A stretch of DNA of 64,000 nucleotides from positions 17,247-81,246 of IMG/VR virus record IMGVR_UViG_3300033067_000343; one strand, given 5' to 3'. Below the pieces are notes generated by a model, which saw only the letters and a list, made by a program, of their open reading frames with translations, was not told where the DNA came from and made no database searches. A program made the position numbers and the translations under genes. Each line of letters opens with the position of its first letter. Position 1 is the stretch's first letter. This document shows, in pieces, positions 57,792-64,000 of this stretch. The DNA is from a virus. Lineage: Duplodnaviria > Caudoviricetes.

Positions 57792-58662
57792 TTAATTTAA
57801 CGTGCTCGAAGAACGGAGCAAGTTTAAAGTCTGGCGTTAAGCGACCGCGACGGTTGCTACCAGGGTCTGGAAAGTTTGAATTCACTGGGCTCCAATCGGT
57901 AATCTTAACCCAAGTCGATCTCATCTTTTTAGTCTCATCCATTGGGAAGAATATAACGTTCTTTTCTTTGAAACCGTTAATTGAATTGTGTGCTCTTGCC
58001 CACTCATTGTCAATACCGTACTGGCCGCAAACTAAATCAACCATTTGATCCCATGTCCAGTTCTTGTGTTTGTCTAATGCAAACCTTCCAACTTGACCCA
58101 CATTTCTAAAACGTAGAATATGACCACCACCGATTTGATTCGACAGTTCTAACAAACGCTGCGGAACCATGTCGTTAGTTCCTTTTTGTAGAATTGCACC
58201 GATGTTCACATTCATCCTAACATCGTGGCATTCCTGCCATCCACGCATCTTTCTATCAGCACAGCGAGCACCATCCATAACTTCGTAGATGTCGTCGTTG
58301 TTGGCACCGTTCATGCTAATATAGATGCTTCGCATACCAGCATCAGCAAGTTCTCTAGCATACCCAGGACGTGCAAGCATTAGACCATTGGTCATCATTG
58401 TGGGACGATGCCCTAGTTGTTTAACTTTTGCCACAATGTCAACAAGGTCTGTTCTAACAGTTGGTTCACCGCCAATTAAACGAATCTCTGCTTTACCCGG
58501 CAACTGTTCAAGTACTTCGTAAAATTTGTTTATGTCTAGATCAGGGACAGTTCTAATAGGCACATAGCAGTTAGCACATTCCATGTTACATCTATGTGTT
58601 ATATCCACAAATATACTGTAAAAGTGGTTGTCTTTTGGTTCCAATTCGTAATAGGTATTCAT
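57775..58662 (-). CDS. radical SAM enzyme (MoaA-like)
   Basis: CNMECANC, LIGGEPT, MTNG, ISMNG. Confidence 0.88.
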   Translation of the reverse strand: MNTYYELEPKDNHFYSIFVDITHRCNMECANCYVPIRTVPDLDINKFYEVLEQLPGKAEIRLIGGEPTVRTDLVDIVAKVKQLGHRPTMMTNGLMLARPGYARELADAGMRSIYISMNGANNDDIYEVMDGARCADRKMRGWQECHDVRMNVNIGAILQKGTNDMVPQRLLELSNQIGGGHILRFRNVGQVGRFALDKHKNWTWDQMVDLVCGQYGIDNEWARAHNSINGFKEKNVIFFPMDETKKMRSTWVKITDWSPVNSNFPDPGSNRRGRLTPDFKLAPFFEHVKLNENIY

Positions 58663-58718
58663 GCGAGTATTTATTGTGCATATGTTAACAAACTTATATT
58701 TCGCTACTTAATAAATAC

Positions 58719-58746
58719 TTGACATATTATAGCCTTGTGCTATAAT
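58719..58746 (+). promoter_or_regulatory. strong sigma70 promoter of tmRNA locus
   Basis: TTGACA-16-TATAAT with extended TG. Confidence 0.8.
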
Positions 58747-58756
58747 GTGAGTTATT

Positions 58757-58789
58757 GCTGTATGAAGCAAAGAGAAAAGTGTTCTGGAC
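58757..58789 (+). pseudogene. first, incomplete copy of tmRNA acceptor-piece start
   Basis: ends GTGTTCTGGAC; TGTTCTG can pair with CAGGGCA of coding piece; no T-arm or CCA follows. Confidence 0.5.
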
Positions 58790-58852
58790 GCAAGGGTGCT
58801 TAACCGTTCGCTAAAATAAGCAATCGAACTCGCGTGTGGCATAAATACATTT

Positions 58853-59611
58853 ATGTATTACTATGTCTACCAGATCACTAACCTACTAAACAATAAGATT
58901 TATGTAGGTAAACACAAATCAAAAAAACATCCGTCTGGGAACGGCTACTACGGTTCCGGGAAACAAATCAAAGCCGCCATAGAAAAGTATGGTATAGAAA
59001 ACTTCAAGAAAGAAGTTCTACACTACTGCAACTCTATGGAAGAAATGGCCAACAAAGAGTTGAGCATAGTAACAGAAGATTTTGTAAAGCGTAAAGATAC
59101 CTACAATATGCACAAGGGTGGTCCTGGAGGTTGGGATCACTATAACGGCAGCAAACAGCATAGTGCAAACTCAAGCAAAGGCGGTAAAAAGCGAGCTCGT
59201 GATCCTGCTAATCCTTTTTACAATGCAGAGTTTCAGGAAAAGTATAGCTGGACTCGTTCGCCCGAGCATATGAAACTAATGAATGAACGAGCCAAGGACC
59301 CAGAAGCTATTGCAAAAAGGCAAGCAACATTTAAGAAGCGTGGACACAGCCAAGGCGAAAAAAATTCTCAATTTGGAAGATTCTGGATTTCTAATGTGTT
59401 GACTAAAGAAGTCAAACGCATTACAATAAATGACACTATACCAGAAGGATGGGTCCGAGGTAAGAAAGGACATACAATTACCAAATGTTGGGTAAATAAT
59501 GGTATAAAAGAACATTACATCTTGTTAGAAAAAGAACAAGACTATAAACTTAAAGGGTTTAGTAGTGGCAGACTTAAACAAAGTATGCCACAAAACAGAA
59601 TAGTAGTTTAA
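58853..59611 (+). mobile_element. free-standing GIY-YIG (Seg-like) homing endonuclease gene
   Basis: YVYQITN..NNKIYVGKH, YYGSG, AIEKYG.ENFKKEVL, YNM..GG; flanked by direct repeat GTTCTGGAC. Confidence 0.85.
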
Positions 59612-59614
59612 GGC

Positions 59615-59930
59615 TTGAATAGAAAGAAGTTCTGGACCCGGCTATCGTAGGCCGGCAGGTCCACCATAAAACACATTTAAGGTTGTCCTAAGACTGTCGG
59701 GGGCTAAGGTAACAGGGGACAACTGTAATTCCCTCGTAGTGTGTTTTATAATGGGCCTGAAAGGTATCGACAGGGCAACAAGTATTGACAGGATCTACTC
59801 GGCAAGGTAGAAGCCGTTAGGGTTGGGGATTCCTGGCCGAAGACAACAAAAAGTTAGACGCAAACGACAACGTTTTCGCATTGGCAGCGTAAGCTGACTT
59901 GGGTAGTTATACCTCGAAACAGAAAATAAC
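59615..59930 (+). ncRNA. ssrA: circularly permuted two-piece tmRNA, tag ANDNVFALAA
   Basis: 3' acceptor CAGGTCC-A-CCA (59656-59666) precedes 5' GGGCCTG (59753-59759) with G3.U70; paired intervening segment; ATCGAC after D-loop; tag 59860-59892. Confidence 0.88.
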
Positions 59931-59956
59931 AAATAGGCTCTTCGGAGCCTATTTTT
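59931..59956 (+). terminator. intrinsic terminator after tmRNA
   Basis: AAATAGGCTC-TTCG-GAGCCTATTT plus T run. Confidence 0.9.
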
Positions 59957-59988
59957 CTATCTGCGTAATATACCCTATAAATATTTCT

Positions 59989-60966
59989 ATGAAAAAATTC
60001 TTTTGCCCAGCACCATGGCGGTCCTTGTACTACCATGTGGACAAATCTGCTGTTTGCTGTATTAGTGCAAAGAAGTTTGATATGAGTCCTGTTGAGTTTA
60101 TGAACAGCGACTATCTTAAGAATCTCAAGACCAAGTTCTTAAATGATGAATTTGATGAAACTTGCCAAGGCTGCAAGTCACTAGAGGATGCAGGACTACA
60201 GAGCATACGTCAACACCTGCTGAGATTGTACGGTGAGTCCACAGTAGAGAATCTCGACTATATGGAGTTACGGGCCAGCAATCTTTGCAACTTTCAATGC
60301 AAGATGTGTGACGGTGATAGCAGTTCATTGATCAGTGGGATTGTTAACACTGTATCAGAATCTGATTGGCTTGAGATACTAACGCTTGCAGAGAATCTCA
60401 AGTACCTTACCTTAACTGGCGGCGAGCCAATGTTAATTAAACACTACTATCAACTGCTGGATCATTTGATAGCAAAAGGCAAGGTAGATATTGACTTGCG
60501 TGTGTACACAAACGGAAGTGTTTACAATCCTATCTTTGTGAGCAAACTGCTACAGTTTAAATCTACATTGAATCTAAGCATAGACGGAGTAGGCAGAACC
60601 GCAGAGCTACAACGCACAGGAACAGAATGGCCCACTGTTAAAGGCAATGTGGATAAGTTTTTAGAGTTACCAGTTAACATCAAATTCCATACCACACTCA
60701 CAAATATTTCTATCATTGATGTGCATTCGTTGGCACAATACTTTATGGATATGGTTGCCCGTAAACCAGATTGTAGATTTGTTGCACACACTGCAAACTC
60801 TCCGGGACACCTAGCAATCTATAACCTAGCTGCACCCTTGTGTAAGACTGCATTACGCAGTATTGATCAAGCGTTAGAGATACTTGTTGGGCCGCAATTT
60901 GATCAATTAGTAGAACAATTAACAGCACATCGCTCTTTATTGGACAAACGTGTCAACGCAATCTAG
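59989..60966 (+). CDS. radical SAM enzyme with N-terminal Cys (SPASM/twitch-like) region
   Basis: CPAPW..CC..C..C; CNFQCKMC; TGGEPM; YTNG; start ATG 59989. Confidence 0.88.
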   Translation: MKKFFCPAPWRSLYYHVDKSAVCCISAKKFDMSPVEFMNSDYLKNLKTKFLNDEFDETCQGCKSLEDAGLQSIRQHLLRLYGESTVENLDYMELRASNLCNFQCKMCDGDSSSLISGIVNTVSESDWLEILTLAENLKYLTLTGGEPMLIKHYYQLLDHLIAKGKVDIDLRVYTNGSVYNPIFVSKLLQFKSTLNLSIDGVGRTAELQRTGTEWPTVKGNVDKFLELPVNIKFHTTLTNISIIDVHSLAQYFMDMVARKPDCRFVAHTANSPGHLAIYNLAAPLCKTALRSIDQALEILVGPQFDQLVEQLTAHRSLLDKRVNAI

Positions 60967-61001
60967 CTTTAAAACGTTGTATGTGTGTTAAGGAGTTCTG
61001 T

Positions 61002-61145
61002 ATGCAATGCTCAGATTCGAAACCATCAAAGAATGAACCAGTTACGTTTAGTAGAACATGGATGTTTGGCTGCGGTAGCTGCGACACCAAACGTTCCGTA
61101 CCTTGCAAAAACTGCAAACATTTTGTTCAAACTGTTGCAAAATAA
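61002..61145 (+). CDS. small zinc-finger protein (47 aa, not in track)
   Basis: SD AAGGAG; CGSC-x7-CKNC. Confidence 0.6.
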   Translation: MQCSDSKPSKNEPVTFSRTWMFGCGSCDTKRSVPCKNCKHFVQTVAK

Positions 61146-61163
61146 ATCTAGTTGTTATATAAT
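61135..61163 (+). promoter_or_regulatory. sigma70 promoter for tRNA operon
   Basis: TTGCAA-17-TATAAT, 8 nt before tRNA. Confidence 0.7.
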
Positions 61164-61171
61164 ACACACAT

Positions 61172-61246
61172 GCGTTAGTAGCTAAGTGGCATAGCAGGCG
61201 ATTCTAAACCGCTGAATCACGGGTTCGATTCCCGTCTAACGCACCA
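61172..61246 (+). tRNA. amber suppressor tRNA, anticodon CUA
   Basis: 7-bp acceptor GCGTTAG/CTAACGC, D-arm GCTA/TAGC, loop TT-CTA-AA, T-arm ACGGG-TTCGATT-CCCGT, A73, encoded CCA. Confidence 0.9.
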
Positions 61247-61456
61247 TAGTAGAGTGCATCGTAAGCCGTTAGTGGTTGAGCCTGAACGAGCACACAGTAT
61301 TCCTAGGATAGCTGGTCGCAGCCGAGGTAACGCTCATCGCCACATCCAATGTATTCTACTATGGTTCATATTGAAGTGCTTTGAAGGAGCAGACCGGCGC
61401 ACAACTCCGCGGTAAGTGATAGTGGCCTTAGCATGCAGCAGAACACTTCAATATGG
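61243..61456 (+). ncRNA. two tandem long-stem RNA modules trailing the tRNA
   Basis: 17-bp stem 61243-61259/61349-61365; 13+4-bp stem 61366-61383/61439-61456. Confidence 0.55.
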
Positions 61457-61472
61457 TTAATAAGGAAAATAC

Positions 61473-61754
61473 ATGCAAGTAATGCACGACAGAGTTTTAA
61501 TTAGAAAGCTCGAACCCGAAACAAAATCCGCAGGCGGCATTATGCTAACCTCTTCTGTTACTCCAGTTTACGAAGCTGAAGTGGTTGCAGTTGGCACAGG
61601 CAAACCAGTTAAAGACAGTGCTCCGATTCCGCTTACAGTAAAAGTAGGCGACCAAGTAATTTACAACCCTGCTGCGACTATCACAGTTTCAGTTAAAGGT
61701 GAAACTTTACTGGTCATCAAAGAAGAAGAAATCTTTGCAATTTTAGACAAGTGA
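61473..61754 (+). CDS. groES: co-chaperonin GroES
   Basis: HDRVLI, SAGGIML mobile loop, VVAVGTG, VKVGD.V, KEEEIFAI. Confidence 0.92.
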   Translation: MQVMHDRVLIRKLEPETKSAGGIMLTSSVTPVYEAEVVAVGTGKPVKDSAPIPLTVKVGDQVIYNPAATITVSVKGETLLVIKEEEIFAILDK

Positions 61755-62038
61755 CAGATTACCTGCTTCGTCATGCATTGAGCGATTCTGACATTGAGTT
61801 TCTAAATGAAACCACAGTGGATTTTGAGATTGTCGGCCCAGATGAGCCAGTATCAGACACAAACTCATTTGATAGTGGGTGGTGTGATATGGCAACTAAT
61901 GCACGTATCATTGCCCATACCAATAGAGCAGTGTTTAGAAATGTTGGCGATCAAGAGTACACGTACTTGAAACTTCGCTATCAAGATCGCCTAATTGAAA
62001 TGCATGACGGCATCAGAAAGATATATAATATAGCATAG
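61751..62038 (+). CDS. hypothetical protein (TAG stop, in frame with next gene)
   Basis: GTGA overlap with groES. Confidence 0.6.
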   Translation: MTDYLLRHALSDSDIEFLNETTVDFEIVGPDEPVSDTNSFDSGWCDMATNARIIAHTNRAVFRNVGDQEYTYLKLRYQDRLIEMHDGIRKIYNIA

Positions 62039-62059
62039 ACATTAACAAAGGAGAACCAA

Positions 62060-62644
62060 ATGTCAAAAACTCAATCGTAGATCAATTACCAATGTAAGGA
62101 ATTAGTGTTCCACTTCAATAAGGGACATCTTACAGATCCGACCATTCCTATGTGGGTCGTTAAAGCACATGGTGTAACATTCTACGTGAATCACGTTACA
62201 GCAGAAATACCTTGGAGCACCAAGGAAACTCCCGATAACCCCAGTACCAAAGGCAGCATCAAATTTAAACGATGTAAGCTAACCATTGACTCCGATAACT
62301 GTGCAACGTTATCTAAGTTAGGCATGCTTGATCGTAATTTGCCAACGCCACACTTGCCGTTTGACCGCATTATTGCACCTGCATATAATGACTTGGCAAC
62401 AGCATTGGAAAACAACGAGTTTAAGCACAGCAAGATCAAATACGTCGAAGGTGCGTGTAGCAGTGAGTTTATCATTTGCGACATTACTGACCGAGATGAT
62501 ATGTTGATGATGGGGCTCAAGTATCCAAATCAATTCCGAGTGCTAAATGCTAACGAAGCCTATTACAAGGACTACGATGGCAAACACAACTCACTTAACA
62601 TGCGTGGCGGTGAAGGGTTTGATGATGACGACTTTGAGGATTAA
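62060..62644 (+). CDS. hypothetical protein with in-frame TAG at codon 7 (candidate amber read-through)
   Basis: AAGGAG-6 nt-ATG TCA AAA ACT CAA TCG TAG ATC AAT ... continuous with track ORF 62105-62644. Confidence 0.6.
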
Positions 62645-62798
62645 AGCCCAGAACATTGCGGAAGTTGCAAAGCTGTTGAAAACCGAAAAGGTGTGGCATA
62701 TGCCTTTTCGTTACAATCAAGGGCACTATGAGATTACACTCAAAGCAGATTCCCCAATGGGCAGCTTATTGGAACTAAAGTACAACAATTTGGCGTAA
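62622..62798 (+). CDS. hypothetical protein
   Basis: probable start ATG 62622. Confidence 0.5.
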   Translation: MMTTLRIKAQNIAEVAKLLKTEKVWHMPFRYNQGHYEITLKADSPMGSLLELKYNNLA

Positions 62799-62823
62799 AA
62801 TCCATTTAGTGCTATAATTGGGT

Positions 62824-63159
62824 ATGACTCAAAAAACACGCTTAGACTACACCAGATATCGTGTGCCCGAACACACTCAAGAATCCTTGGAACGATATTT
62901 CTTCCACGGCCTTGAGCCAGGCAGCTTTCTAGTATCTGTACTATGCAATGACTTAATGGGTGCATGTACTCGCAGCGATCACGTTAACCGTGAGAGCATT
63001 GCAGGCATTGCTACCTGGATACTGCACAATGCCCCAGAAAACTCATGGGGGCATTTAACCACTGTATCCAATTGGATTAAAGACACAGATGGTCGTCGAA
63101 CCCGTTGGGTAGAAGCATTTGAAAAGAGAATGATGTGGGACGAGTTGTCGAAAAAGTAA
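62824..63159 (+). CDS. hypothetical protein
   Basis: TGcTATAAT 5 nt before ATG; PGSFL..VL.NDL..A...D..N motif. Confidence 0.7.
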   Translation: MTQKTRLDYTRYRVPEHTQESLERYFFHGLEPGSFLVSVLCNDLMGACTRSDHVNRESIAGIATWILHNAPENSWGHLTTVSNWIKDTDGRRTRWVEAFEKRMMWDELSKK

Positions 63160-63404
63160 TGCCCCGCGGCACCACTGTTTGTCGTTGGAACCCACATGTT
63201 CCTTATCCAACTCCACGGTCTATGTGGACTATCATTGAGCCCACAGGCCCAACAGTTAGAAGCTATTGGGCATATGGCATAGGGTGGGCTAAAACAACCC
63301 ATCGCATACGCATTGGTGCTGATGATTTGCTGACCATGCCCGAATATGAACGTGCCTACAAAGATTACTGCAACGAACAATTACTTAAGGTGTTGAAACG
63401 ATGA
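63159..63404 (+). CDS. hypothetical protein
   Basis: TAATG coupling. Confidence 0.55.
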   Translation: MPRGTTVCRWNPHVPYPTPRSMWTIIEPTGPTVRSYWAYGIGWAKTTHRIRIGADDLLTMPEYERAYKDYCNEQLLKVLKR

Positions 63405-63700
63405 CTGTACGCAGCTCATGGACTGTAATTGAAGCAGACGGCGATAACAAAATTGTTTTTATCGAAGACGATTGCCACTTAACCGGACTGATGTCAATTA
63501 CCAACGATGCCGAAAATGTGTTAAAATACTTTAAGACGATGTATTGGCGTGATTGGCGTGTGGTCTACAAAGACACCAACCAGGAATGGTGGGAAATTGC
63601 AGAGGACGTAGACGGAATGTGGGACAGTGATTTCTGCATAGAATTTAGGCCTTGGCACGGATTAGAATGGGACATTTTGTCTCGAAAGGAAAATGCGTAA
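63401..63700 (+). CDS. hypothetical protein
   Basis: MSITNDAENV..Y.DT..W motif. Confidence 0.65.
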   Translation: MTVRSSWTVIEADGDNKIVFIEDDCHLTGLMSITNDAENVLKYFKTMYWRDWRVVYKDTNQEWWEIAEDVDGMWDSDFCIEFRPWHGLEWDILSRKENA

Positions 63701-63999
63701 TGCTGTATACTGAGTACAAATGGAGCAAAGGTAAAAAGCGTGTAATAATTGGAGTCAAGGGCACCTTTGTTCGCGGAAGTCAAAGTGGACTGGCATTTTG
63801 GAAAGTGGAAAATCTAACAGATGAGTACAAACCAAGTGACTGGTTTAAGATTCTTGTGTGGGACAATTTGTCTAACAAAGTTGAAAACAGTCCAAGATGC
63901 ACACCGCAGCTTCGTGGAGCACACTATCGCAATTGGTCACAATATTCTCGCATTAGTCAAAACTATTGTGAAAAGTTAGCACCAAAGGAAACAGAATGA
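63700..63999 (+). CDS. hypothetical protein
   Basis: TAATG coupling. Confidence 0.5.
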   Translation: MLYTEYKWSKGKKRVIIGVKGTFVRGSQSGLAFWKVENLTDEYKPSDWFKILVWDNLSNKVENSPRCTPQLRGAHYRNWSQYSRISQNYCEKLAPKETE

Positions 64000-64000
64000 A

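Noticed and set aside
58790-59637. Group I intron in tmRNA
   Set aside because: Only about 60 nt before and 20 nt after the ORF; no room for or sign of P3-P9 core elements
60985-61185. Track ORF MLRSSVC
   Set aside because: Runs into the tRNA; the SD-led zinc-finger ORF 61002-61145 fits better
61172-61246. tRNA-Pyl
   Set aside because: Has canonical D-loop GG, TTCGA T-loop, 5-nt variable loop and A73, unlike tRNA-Pyl; no pyl genes visible in the window
61247-61456. Theta/HDV-like, hammerhead or twister ribozyme after the tRNA
   Set aside because: No G at the tRNA 3' junction and no recognisable catalytic core motifs by eye; a covariance search is needed to exclude fully
61473-61754. GroES without GroEL as a novelty
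   Set aside because: Stand-alone co-chaperonins are well known in phages (T4 gp31), and groEL could lie outside the window
330-63783. Many antisense or alternate-frame track ORFs (e.g. 330-755, 9999-10520, 27705-28100, 43521-43976)
   Set aside because: Fully overlap well-supported genes, lack motifs and RBS; shadow ORFs
1-64000. Genome-wide TAG reassignment (genetic code 15)
   Set aside because: Long conserved genes read through without TAG, and several genes end cleanly at TAG; only local suppression is supported

Overview
A 64-kb stretch of a large, AT-leaning tailed dsDNA phage genome. It is probably a T4-like myovirus (PAAR spike, tail fibres, TAAATA late-promoter motif), and the host is plausibly a proteobacterium (sigma70 promoters, enterobacterial/betaproteobacterial-type NrdAB, ClpX and SsrA tag). 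It is densely coding, mostly on the + strand, and reads in the standard code. Recognisable genes include nrdA/nrdB/glutaredoxin, clpX, clpP, clpS, rpsU (bS21), hsp20, groES, uvsE, a DD-peptidase, lytic enzymes, two GIY-YIG homing endonucleases, a glycan/small-molecule modification cluster (UDP-glucose dehydrogenase, amidinotransferase, oxygenase) and an acyl-modification cluster (desaturase, ACP, radical SAMs, oxygenases). The strongest signal is a phage-encoded translation rescue and recoding kit, much of it missing from the ORF track. It comprises a circularly permuted two-piece tmRNA (tag ANDNVFALAA) whose acceptor piece is split and duplicated around a GIY-YIG gene, an unannotated 52-aa ArfA-like gene, ClpX/ClpP/ClpS, and an amber-suppressor tRNA(CUA) lying about 0.8 kb upstream of a gene with an in-frame TAG at codon 7. 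Many genes also have a promoter box exactly 5 nt before the ATG, which suggests leaderless mRNAs. All product names come from motif recognition by eye, not database searches.
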